A DNA stretch of 48,304 nucleotides from an uncultured Clostridia bacterium (GTDB lineage Bacteria > Bacillota > Clostridia > Christensenellales > UBA1242), in the NCBI GenBank assembly GCA_947598785.1, contig CANQFL010000002.1, forward strand, positions 1-48,304. Reading direction: 5' to 3'. Made by a program: the position numbers and the translations under genes. Positions 20,501 through 24,219 of this stretch are shown piece by piece. The notes below the pieces were generated by a model. It saw only the letters and a list, made by a program, of their open reading frames with translations, did not search any database and was not told the DNA's origin. The first letter of the stretch is position 1, and every line of letters starts with the position of its first letter.

Positions 20501-22585
20501 AACAGATGCAGAAGTTGCAGGAATAAAAGAATAAATTTTAAAATGCTCAGATGTACGATTTGTCACATGACTAAACCAAACGTCAGTTTGCCCTTCAAAA
20601 TTAGTTCCGACTAAAGAAACAGTAAAATAGACAACAACAAAAGGATTTTCTGCATCACTAATTTCGGCATCTAAATTTCCACTTGTTCGATAAATGAGAG
20701 GTTTAGAAATTTCAAAATCATTATGATTTGAATAATTAAGAGTCAAACCTACAACTTCATTTTGTTTAACACCAGCAGCCAAACCATTGATTTGAACTTT
20801 AAAATCTAAAGAACGGTCAGAAGTTCTGCTTGAAGGAATATAATACTCTTCTTGCATATCTACATAATTTTCTTCACCATCATCGTCAAATTTAAGTTCT
20901 TTAAGTTGAAGGTCCTCGCCTGAAGTGATGTTATAAAGATTAAGATTCAAGTTTGTTCTTGCATTAGGATTTAAGACAGATTCAAATGAAACAACAAAAT
21001 CAGAAATTACAGAACTAAATTTTCCACCTAATTCAGAGCCAGCAGAAATGTAAAGTTCGTAACCATTTGGAATTTTTCTATCAGATTCCCAAGCCCCATT
21101 AACAAAGGAAAAATGTAATTTACTTCCATTAAAATAAAATACAATCAATTCGTCTAAATTATCAACTTTATAACCTTGTCCAATGGTATCAACTTTAATA
21201 TTAATTGTTGAATCTTCAGCCTTTACAACTTCATCAGGGTATAAAATTGGTTTAATCATAAAACCATAGCCACCGTTATAACTTGAATAGATTTCTGCAT
21301 CAGAAATCGTATAACCTTCTTGGTTGGTCAAAACTAAAGATGTAGGGAAATAGATAGTTTGAATTGTAATATCGGTTTCGTTAGCTGTTTTAGGATTTTG
21401 ATAATCATTAGTGACTATATCATAGGCATAATCTTCATAACTAATTTTGAAAGCAATTTTGAAATTGCCGTATTTTCTAATAGAATTAATATCTTGAGCA
21501 TCAATCAAAATGTTGTATGTATTTTTGCCTATCTCTTCATTTCCTTGTATGTTAGGTGTTTGAATATCAAAATATTCTCTATAACCAACAACTCCATGTT
21601 CTGCATCGCTTTCACGTTGCATTTGGAAAAGAGAGCCATCATCTAAAATTTTATAAACAATTACATCTAAAGAAACTTTATAAGATGTATTCAAAACTAA
21701 AGTACCTTCAAGTTTTCCCATATCTTTATCATTTCTTTTTAATTGATATGTAATTTGAGGAGTGACAACTTGATTGTCCTTGTAGATTTGTACATTTTCA
21801 GATAAAACTTCATTGCCTTTCAAATAATCTCCATCAAGTGTAAAACTTGAAATAGTAGAATTTTCTAAAACTTTAATTGAATTTTTGTTTTGTTTTGAAA
21901 GTTCTCCATATACATTTGGACGCATTTGAGAATATGCTCTAAGTTCTAATTCTGATAAATCACATTCAGAATAAACCTTTAAAATATTTTCATCAACGAT
22001 TTCAGCGACTACTTGTCCATTTATAACAAGTTGTTGCATATTTTCATTATTTAAAGAATCGATGAAAGCCCATTTAACATCATTTACATTGACATCTAAA
22101 GGCATGGTATCAAAATAATCTTTAACATTAAGAACTTTATCTACACCTTTTACAGCAAATAAATCAGACCTTTCTTTTCTGTTTGTTTTAACTTCAAAAC
22201 TTGATAACAACGTATAAACTTTAACATTAATAATTTTGCTAAGGGACAAATCTTCAATAGAATAAACTTTAATTTGAGCATCACCACCACTAACTGCAGA
22301 TATGGTAAAAGAATAATTTGAACCACCTTGATAAGTTGCAGTTGAAGGAGTACTAATTCTATCTTCACCACTCAAAACCTCAATTCCAACACCAGCAGAA
22401 GAATTTTCCAAATTAACTTTAACTTCCTTCATGTTTGAAATATCATTAGCATCATCAACATAGTTTGTGTAAATTTCAACATAATCAGTATCAACACTCA
22501 TAGACACCCGATTATCACAAGCTGTCAACAAAATGCCACCAAGCACCATAAAAATACCTAATATTCCAAAAGCAAGTTTTTTCAT
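2555..22585 (-). CDS. Giant (6,676 aa) surface lipoprotein with multiple GLUG-motif beta-helix modules, beta-sandwich-like spacer regions and a glycine-rich/aromatic C-terminus; function unknown
   Basis: Uninterrupted 20,031-nt frame ending in TAA at 2555..2557, while the other five frames are broken into ORFs of 164 aa or less. ATG 22585 is preceded by GGAGG with a 5-nt spacer. The N-terminus MKKLAFGILGIFMVLGGILLTAC is a signal peptide plus lipobox. More than 30 GG[LIVF][IVFA]G turns follow. There is no LPXTG or C-terminal TM. Confidence 0.9.
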   Translation of the reverse strand: MKKLAFGILGIFMVLGGILLTACDNRVSMSVDTDYVEIYTNYVDDANDISNMKEVKVNLENSSAGVGIEVLSGEDRISTPSTATYQGGSNYSFTISAVSGGDAQIKVYSIEDLSLSKIINVKVYTLLSSFEVKTNRKERSDLFAVKGVDKVLNVKDYFDTMPLDVNVNDVKWAFIDSLNNENMQQLVINGQVVAEIVDENILKVYSECDLSELELRAYSQMRPNVYGELSKQNKNSIKVLENSTISSFTLDGDYLKGNEVLSENVQIYKDNQVVTPQITYQLKRNDKDMGKLEGTLVLNTSYKVSLDVIVYKILDDGSLFQMQRESDAEHGVVGYREYFDIQTPNIQGNEEIGKNTYNILIDAQDINSIRKYGNFKIAFKISYEDYAYDIVTNDYQNPKTANETDITIQTIYFPTSLVLTNQEGYTISDAEIYSSYNGGYGFMIKPILYPDEVVKAEDSTINIKVDTIGQGYKVDNLDELIVFYFNGSKLHFSFVNGAWESDRKIPNGYELYISAGSELGGKFSSVISDFVVSFESVLNPNARTNLNLNLYNITSGEDLQLKELKFDDDGEENYVDMQEEYYIPSSRTSDRSLDFKVQINGLAAGVKQNEVVGLTLNYSNHNDFEISKPLIYRTSGNLDAEISDAENPFVVVYFTVSLVGTNFEGQTDVWFSHVTNRTSEHFKIYSFIPATSASVVNADKASSDVHVETYADQGYYFDNETNKIDNGPIVSSSLSKLMLEAGASLPLNFEYQSLQGEIEFRYLSFDAFVQFVLFSLETGDMDEAKRVAEEWFNKPDSTEFVSQAFYSFVNANTPETPFSISENKLILTSNDFKGYVAVIFNVFDENHNPIKLVRLFALESFYSVKYVRPNINTVVLYTEQTLSSSDMSRSMVEISVTFRPDSQTPKYVNNIELIPSEGFEFTTDTEKTTGSLEGSIKENGYYRIDNIRFINNGTTLVFRITALSTKDIDAESIVDILRITYTQNFGGNEFFRDAEVQIEIRNEMRVSKVTWLNKTINGDVYLNTSSNDPSEKSFIISTITSPAKAYDTKLAYYYHSNYGNGNYFDLIPDSTSQTFNLHIDLNQKNGGQGYLYLLPNDMVKSRSGRQILVYEYIEDNGKLVGIPHYIPLASINKYYDLILNGSFGTDDSTHDDDKLVVLDSGEQFYINNYFYNNGQKVYYRDIILKIEISVADGSSDETAIRIYDENGLLKMDSAKHYCVMNDITLNNWKGFNFDSFTGSIFGADGNKTITLLGEESESFMKNIDRNGLNIGTIKNLTFAGNVTSDSEELGFIARRNSGIIENVYIDGYYSSNGVRKYNGSTLVSSSTLKEDAQFVKVGGFVGYNTSTGIIRNSYIFGLDIKALNCYSYLGGFVGHNVGQIENCGFEFYKLQEGKTNFLTIGKNSYLGGLVGLAGNRSRISGSYAYAYSMEDELNSVLVGDVSSYVGAFIGAFDSNSTINESFVFLGTTSAALGRTVGSNNNVTISNSYISFKKNNSYSTKIYISEIVTAIRDTSFTLSQNTGSEWENVVKNLDENIWQLTSIDDSINFGYMYLKNVQQSSSVDFEKVKIQDITDPIKVLSVGADSSSGILFYYNVNVSLTDVQKFELLSLNTISISDLFGITDKEAKSLVVMADNKNITIGTNSIIVQGINQTEFTLTVYSKMNYEKNKQFKLIILNNLPSLITTIEDTQLDDGNVLMLQRTKSRQIVYTYDNSITLGYERFETATNEQLYEIKYGITNESNSYNEKYVIISEDSSILSLSGNACHSNNSITTINTYLYLNLPIMKNGDGLSQYGEKIKEMRNLSFAVSVFEGATNLIVRPDTIEIKAAKYSTFDVELKSDNIQDNILIGLTYNDINTTQIEVEEENRALFKVDENLYIDFNWIKTITETGLYHFRVTVKVFDDYRHRINHDYQNLKILINALSQKSNENFVQKINLVVRTQELQNVSISVYSIEDRELFNSILYLTPESASTSVLTPSSESIIAITATPAFAVMTHFTLTYSLNAENDSKVGSVTLSRLLYNSNYGYYSTSLYTSNIVDGIRVDISNNDKVGNGVYFFRMYLSSSFTTGSSVVLTATYYNGSTILKQVTSHINVDSLAEANIKIEGKSTYLLAKGSSATITIELDEKQELTELVLRHTQTNISLSGTTERPENGKRIYTSVLTAYVDAKVAGGTNGLDSGIFYVYAYVQRTINNKVETKYSRVTVILVDFTIDTDNISLQNGGTVNEVIDGENRNVGIYYAYISHRDALKINYPFNDIIYDKNNNFDVQAVEEIKQKQDDFLTDYSYEDAKAKYYINYAYDRQNGSYKKLSLIEQLYEVDKNSGISTKVYNSTNHTTNTKDFYTVSMDETGSYLNVTGNSEGSQLMKLRTTIICQDVEMVYDYYFYIIVELYTDEDSPKPVYTAEDFIAMENSNDTNQDYILMNDIALENYTPIKTTTNIRSFDGNGFTIHLNSFATQTESALNLALFNNIVETTTLKNIRVNIYNGGQITVNTNQYKTVNIAGFALQNNGIIYNCDVVAYYDKNFNLYKLNDENYAGLVVRYTKGVNNDYYQMQREDITSSVYGFVGTNNKSIMNSRVGGSSFEHIVINGSTNFIATQNIGHRFVIQGQGDVAGFAGINSGYISACFVSEVQIYNQILSSSSRTAGFVLQNTNSIQSSYIEGQKEANNGSDRKNFQNTLSSIDAIGYISGFVYQNSGKIKNSYSNIAITNMPTFASGFVYTNETGAEISLCYSACFIKQTDISQMPFSAISYDGSSLNNGTISFCYFYDIEGEDPTNQMKLESGTKSVTHIGLSNNPQDVFYGFSFASDEDSYDGIWTKSNNGITLVSANKIALSNRSASTDENGVTHVYYNRSIVNLNTMILTDLSYGSIKNPIIIRSAEEFAKATGNAGTIPIASYREYYDNTTVFGNYRIVDNIDLSEIDQDQSGDNKIILTTFEKTFLNGILDGNGFTISNIELGSNKNYENFGLFASLYHARVMNIDFTVKSIHDSQANIVGTLAGTAVNSRIVATSLTLEGRKINDKGYESPIQGNNVVGGLIGMLFGESSLIDVTVTNADVFTSFYDNAKTIYSNKQYVGETLRNLAQSRSSLINNVKQLSYAGGIIGYVDVYDLTSNQYVKYDKSLEMSDYDLIKVHAYDTVNVYAEIAGGLFGYVGDSTYIYDAELKLNSSDGNLNEDGRIINPSYITSKNLFAGGLIGENYGGLFAVSASYSDTIQLEIEQNENAYYQSYASAIRGQQSIFSYTKNDILFSERYNDPLFIGGLVGFMGGGFINVGYSKLNVISHSNQTLAAGGIVGAVGYTKNAFQLTAISNNDIFVNVYFDEVYSSGDLYIDGENGASAGLIGAIGQDTENSTPSIAMKYVMTMNYYSYTGTSTNAKLLGDNSKIDEATRKGLSDNHFMFVGHYLKYNVNSRNDYYKKGEDNTYENVIKTPMSSPVYIIGANNNFYNVTSSFADDISNEMTVGGYYSIQIGSNTNAVNIELNEFGFVKSSTNYTLEKYYNFIKAVHIGTDNMNSMQKAYRRFESYFLSNDWSTNYWQHNQDELFPYIELFETLDIKFWDATIKSTLEVLSDLIQNPQRTVVVRGRINPDDPSNIACQDIDIPNMIANTQENSELLGILNSRKNGNNRNSILGNFKGTLISYNSYMEISGTELGTVKNDSEYGGKVGDDVGIITDRPLCETLDEGSRILDLNIYLVGPSNSEINYSVINSGISSSAIQNVNVTLNSAVSLVAKELEVGDRDSKYAGVFTNGNVTSTSFINTTFTFRNNSEGNGNSEGNINLSSNAEDTDSKLYFGLLAGQIKQENGFNSMVINGLNVVSNSNDSSTVININLNNTCSDLYVGLYAGEISKANEQTGKISISINSLSNININLKGNNEVTGNAYIGGFVGKVTGDIFTFAGSAEATKGGIVINQGIKINSLYAGLAFGQSISNLNISASSIFDLRLSGGIYQTNKDIVTGSAHLGGIVGETIDLSIQSMDMNFSIGCLNDNKLPPQYETLFEQNVYNYNSSIPGESDSIKLSPYIINNINNDNINKENILIGGFAGKINGSASVSGNCNIEGVIDVETKNDKEVDIGGFVGHLMGGFTGQNLIGENSLNISVQSSVSSTGAKSEAKIGGIIGYIPQSEGSVSGENKVEINKDFNEYFKITGNTLLNVPSIKFGGAIGQVGRTNYNIESSSVKINSISFGGTVKIYGNNIGNINGTDGSSDVYVGGIVGQFSDINSQNNISTNSSISNCLTYGDVFIIYPFYVSGSYANEKLLKYNFGGIVGALGTNKDGKSVQINDNSTIMTSFNNRLINKFDDTKKYNVGAIVGKNAESGNYKNNVYSSGVCMAYQVEEGNKDIAYGRVFSDNDKNDSYLGYSSIVAKKDNENIDTTIKEVESKDDILTKFSSLVEETPSGHKLNPYKWNEQSPIFSNENIAGNFHGIKWIALQSSINYKNIGVGEEGRTNAIADNLTNVAFIGNGNTISISDSRTSKIKDEQILGGLVNTLGEKPEAKTNENEIPLSFNIISGLIINLDVKDLDLNTDGDKSLTATYGGVVGKTYSNSFVYGVGVEGTLSVGGKNTQLTLGGIVGHMQGGMINECYSDAEIIYRAKGGNISNEQLTDQGSIAGIANLSDYNNTIKSSYSSGKIKSYVSNDIYSIAGWSDNSNLPTSSPNIKSDIIDCYSISNIEINDFINDITKGDIKAIYESDKVIKNGNLENISEITSLSFNEGSKSQYSLNSKGDIKTIFNSKWYFTPFTNFGYATHGFGYMKNPTVYTREKENTTIPKYNYTEVFYKDVLKYSENRFTEKQSEETNWYFGILNIDKYQQMVNLGSSGYRFRLLNDLILTDDKINESKDFSHSFDGDNHKIDITGYTKSLFKNVTGEDIKIENFVITNANVTGDGILASSVTGNLTNISATGNLNVSGKNIAGGLVGTLTGTGKGLVSVVNIKQVLNGFIIGGVVGQLLNGDISYSSYSGQLINSATNTETTIDKTVTSPAVNGIAYNNWNEFAHQDGDETTLRKVTNDSVKPLSKTDADEKYVNCILGGIAGIAINSTTSFDNCYNNGSILNSYTFAIEETKETKEKSGSFVSGGILGYSEGTVTISNSYNVGLVGTGNYQNAEGYLFAGGIFGYASGAITLSNNINDGPVEAIGKIENVDYSIRNKKHELGAENGIVLGDPYPLEYDFAMIYNPNQLRHVFAYGLGYANGSVTDNGNNSSIDNIKNDGNMGQVIDLKTLSFNRSAIMQNVKLAENVYLFNAIFNCKNDVIYFNGYDSYGVPARVFMTETITRYLAKPLNDYNSSNRFKKDEENHSKDLTFAEVFTKEGNKNFYKGDGGIDGIKDGVNGEITLKDYRENDEIEFENYNRKVYNLEASTEYYASVNFSEYDNVLNSAFGEKLGYSSANNKFGTKYINTSGSIESKIADIQAEIYNNTDEVSSVNVNGMPVAFIKNGNAFSTILNPYSAEFEITINDETIIGDYKEGKFGKRNVDIKTFQNGGEIDYQFCNYTLNDDNSLTIKGTVYFVNPVEGNITVSASINYTSNITTIQLRNNNVEESENNYKIYLDNISNLGELSYDNLLNKAISKNVYTLTINGESETLTCNGSGNDSGRYYITVTKPSIISSLKDFNESQLKIERTYSVTDEITAEVNLTFSSTEKTQDKLNQVKSQTIEWQEYLIAKLNRTAPQEGYNTDIIISLENISTTGFALDLTQLRNKFNETNKLAIDLDEFSLTYNDNDWNVVNKTTDWIIEKEGNNINFKVKDESLGNQNIATLIQNFKDKIMGCDVYYNVKGSRILNSIEFNTTGSLDGILSYDTEPNVDLQNIIVEKDGENINLRYNGSNMSEENEVNREESIVVGGIQFYTQKITINAGEKITKLSLIKDNNSIVGERIIVLDGQDNSKIKLFAHIDSSIDVKDKNITINDKFIINKTSTTMGLIESENKKLIDPNNIHLDDIDVITFEDETYEINKVIFGLTYTDESGEEQKVKCPYCGKADCFYLETNKTQGTKGYSYRIYDCGAVEVEYDVYNANNINLESTMKFSYNGEFKAWKPIKIDNQNDVGFVQYEWEEDGAFNWKNEKIKYFDSYNPTVVLNKITVDLIAQFVKGSEDKIVFVKAPNKKTMQTVQNVENSYNTTDTYYLPLFAGNEPSHDVSHDDHCSNLVYKNQESTDWTTESSWTIKLPDDSGYELYEYDYRYDITYNYNSQEVSVTNAKINGDIIVLENNISVGERNYGELNKKIFGFDYLINYLNSTTAGIFTKNGDKNTIQDVVFDVISGIATTEKNISAFIETNSGTITNVKLYGNLRNVANSEKNIKVFSTFTEFTENVTNFESYLAITGLNASVDKDVKVTLSNNGINNNKEENQNKLQEILIAGSAVKGRNGENDVENNNGGNGKLGGKIESTNNCYARVGLNSIAGFGGNGKNGGYNGTEVLGGAGGGAPGINADDIKGNYKNSTQFGGNGGVGGLGYIDSNNKNVLLSTGGGSAGAFIDGQGAAHGKDGVSNKEYIESSNYNSGKNGFSMLGTKDIPIGSTKGDRGHAGVPTRQIYSWAEGKGRDLSYAFYGPYGAAVGSEKGFVQYWAEKVDETSKIITSPDSKFKFTTSSSGASKTYENELWRNGGFTETSEIYLEVKAQTRFKSQAYYMPEPFWYYFVFKYEITDYWIMTWTSGEALNSAGSFGWSVNPNR
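7371..7388 (-). repeat. 9-bp in-frame tandem duplication inside the giant gene (encodes ETK-ETK)
   Basis: TTTGTCTCT-TTTGTCTCT on the plus strand. The protein context is IEETKETKEKSG. Confidence 0.8.
11246..11278 (-). repeat. 18-bp in-frame tandem duplication inside the giant gene (encodes NSEGNG-NSEGN)
   Basis: ATTTCCTTCAGAATT-tcc-ATTTCCTTCAGAATT on the plus strand. Confidence 0.8.
22517..22585 (-). other. Lipoprotein signal peptide (SPase II type) of the giant protein
   Basis: MKKLAFGILGIFMVLGGILLTAC|DNRV: positively charged n-region, hydrophobic core, lipobox L-T-A-C. Confidence 0.75.
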
Positions 22586-22634
22586 AGTCCCTCCTGCTAT
22601 ATTATTTGCAATACTGCAAATTTTTATATAATAT

Positions 22635-22664
22635 ATTATAAATAAATACATACATAAAAGTCAA
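22635..22664 (-). promoter_or_regulatory. Putative sigma-A-type promoter of the giant gene (TTGACT-18 nt-TATAAT)
   Basis: The reverse strand reads TTGACT (22664..22659), an 18-nt spacer, then TATAAT (22640..22635). This sits about 50 nt upstream of ATG 22585. In a very AT-rich spacer such matches can occur by chance. Confidence 0.4.
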
Positions 22665-22870
22665 ATTATGGGCATGAAAAAACACAAATTTTGCAAATAA
22701 TTTTAAATTTGACAAAAAAATAAATAAAAAAATTAAAAAGTAATTTAAAAAATATTTTTTATCTCAATCCATAAAACAATAAAATAAATGCCATAAAAAA
22801 TAATAAAAATTAAAAAAATAATAAAAAATACAGTTTTTTTTGCATTTTTTATTATTTTTTTATTAAATTT

Positions 22871-23137
22871 TTAACATTTTTCTTTTACACTGGAATTTTC
22901 GTATTTACGTTTTGTTGAAAGACCTCCCCTAATATGTTTCTCAGAAAAATTTTTATCTAATACTTTTTGTACTTGCCCCATAAGTTTTGTATCAATTTTT
23001 TGCAATCGTTTAGACAAATCATTATGCACCGTACTTTTGCTTAAATTAAAAACTTCGGCTGTTTGTCTTATAGTATTATTCGTTTCAATAATGTAGTTAG
23101 CAGTTTGAATAGTACGTTCTTTTATATAAGCTTTCAT
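22871..23137 (-). CDS. spoIIID: Sporulation stage III transcriptional regulator SpoIIID
   Basis: MKAYIKERTIQTANYIIETNNTIRQTAEVFNLSKSTVHNDLSKRL...HIRGGLSTKRKY matches the B. subtilis SpoIIID pattern as I recall it (M-DYIKERT...VSKSTVHKDL...RGG). The in-track codons GGAGGA upstream act as the SD for ATG 23137. The track start 23149 is probably an over-extension. Confidence 0.85.
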   Translation of the reverse strand: MKAYIKERTIQTANYIIETNNTIRQTAEVFNLSKSTVHNDLSKRLQKIDTKLMGQVQKVLDKNFSEKHIRGGLSTKRKYENSSVKEKC

Positions 23138-23166
23138 CATTCCTCCCATAAAGATATCGATATAAA

Positions 23167-23195
23167 ACTTTATGAAAGGAAATGTAAAAATATGA
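23167..23195 (-). promoter_or_regulatory. Sigma-E-like (mother-cell) promoter upstream of spoIIID
   Basis: The reverse strand reads TCATATT-N14-CATAAAGT. As I recall it, the B. subtilis sigma-E consensus is kmATATT-N14-CATACAmT. The -10 element ends about 30 nt before ATG 23137. Confidence 0.4.
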
Positions 23196-23213
23196 ATAAA
23201 TTTGTCGGAAATT

Positions 23214-23245
23214 GTAAAAAACCACAGCTTTTGCTGTGGTTTTAA
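23214..23245 (-). terminator. Rho-independent terminator downstream of acpP
   Basis: ACCACAGC-tttt-GCTGTGGT: 8-bp stem at 23221..23228 / 23233..23240, followed on the minus strand by a T-run (plus-strand aaaaa at 23216..23220). Confidence 0.7.
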
Positions 23246-23476
23246 TTACTTTTTACATTCTTCAATCAAAGCAACAATTTCACTAATTGTTTTCACCTGA
23301 TTAATTTTTTCATCAGGAATAGTTATTCCATATTCATCTTCAAGAGTCATAAGCATTTCAATTACGTCAAGTGAATCTGCTCCCAAATCTTCAAGTATGT
23401 TTGATTCTGGTTTGATTGAATCCTTAGAAATACCAAGTTGTTCTGCGACTAAATCTCTTACTTTTTCAAAAATCAT
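23246..23476 (-). CDS. acpP: Acyl carrier protein
   Basis: MIFEKVRDLVAEQLGISKDSIKPESNILEDLGADSLDVIEMLMTLEDEYGITIPDE carries the phosphopantetheine-attachment motif DSLD. ATG 23476 is preceded by GGAGG with a 6-nt spacer. The 22-codon upstream extension in the track is rejected. Confidence 0.9.
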   Translation of the reverse strand: MIFEKVRDLVAEQLGISKDSIKPESNILEDLGADSLDVIEMLMTLEDEYGITIPDEKINQVKTISEIVALIEECKK

Positions 23477-23540
23477 ATCAACCTCCATATATATATTAGC
23501 ATAATTTTTGATATGAATGCAAATAAATATATAAAAAAAC

Positions 23541-23570
23541 AAAAAAACTATCTCCTAGCAGAGATAGCTT
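23541..23570 (-). terminator. Putative rho-independent terminator downstream of the M23 peptidase gene
   Basis: CTATCTC-ctagca-GAGATAG: 7-bp stem at 23548..23554 / 23561..23567, followed on the minus strand by a T-run (plus-strand A7 at 23541..23547). Confidence 0.55.
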
Positions 23571-23576
23571 TTGATT

Positions 23577-24140
23577 TTACTTAACTTGTAAATCTAAATA
23601 AAGATTAGGGTCAACTTCAAGTCCATCTTTAAAAAGAGTGAAATGTAGATGTCCACCTGAAACCACTTCATTGCCTGCACTATTTGATGTCTTTCCAATC
23701 ACTTGACCTTTTTCAACTTTATCACCTTTTTTTAGGTTAATTCCATCATCTAATGAAGAATAAACACTTTTAAATCCATTTTCATGAGTAATTTCAATAA
23801 AATTTCCTTCTAATGAATTGTCATTAACCACATCAACAATTCCATCACATATAGCCATAACTTCATCATTTTCAGATATCAAATCTACAGCCAAATGAAT
23901 TTCCCATCTTTCCAAACTATCATTATATTGAAGTCTGTCATCAGCAAAATCTTTAGTTATAACAGCATTTTTCATAGGTAATTCAAATGAAATTGGAGTA
24001 GTTCCAACTTCTTCTACTTTTTCTTTTGGTAAACAAAGAGCAAGCGTTAAGGCAATCGCAATACATAAAACACAAGCCAAAGATAATGCTCCAAATCTTT
24101 TGAATAATTTTTTAAATTTTGCGTCTTTTTTTATTTCCAT
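23577..24140 (-). CDS. Membrane-anchored M23/LytM family metallopeptidase; SpoIIQ-like by context
   Basis: N-terminal TM (ALSLACVLCIAIALTLALCL). LytM metal ligands are intact: HLAVD (HxxxD) and GGHLHFTLF (HxH). GGAGG lies 5 nt upstream of ATG 24140. It sits next to spoIIID, as spoIIQ does in clostridia. Confidence 0.8.
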   Translation of the reverse strand: MEIKKDAKFKKLFKRFGALSLACVLCIAIALTLALCLPKEKVEEVGTTPISFELPMKNAVITKDFADDRLQYNDSLERWEIHLAVDLISENDEVMAICDGIVDVVNDNSLEGNFIEITHENGFKSVYSSLDDGINLKKGDKVEKGQVIGKTSNSAGNEVVSGGHLHFTLFKDGLEVDPNLYLDLQVK

Positions 24141-24219
24141 ACGACCTCCACATCATGATAATTTCCAAAAAATTGAAGTTTAAACATAAATTTTTTAATT
24201 TTTTAAATAATATTTTGTT

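Noticed and set aside
2555-22585. The idea that the giant ORF is an assembly artefact of collapsed or expanded tandem repeats, or contains a CRISPR-like or satellite array
   Set aside because: The recurring GGxxG motif is a protein-level signature carried by different codons and different flanking sequence each time. By eye there are no long nucleotide repeats, only 18-bp and 9-bp duplications. This still deserves a dot-plot and read-level check.
22586-22651. 22-codon N-terminal extension of the giant ORF in the track (MYLFIIYYIKICSIANNIAGGT)
   Set aside because: The extension covers the GGAGG ribosome-binding site and the 5'-UTR inverted repeat. ATG 22585 has ideal SD spacing and starts a textbook lipoprotein signal peptide.
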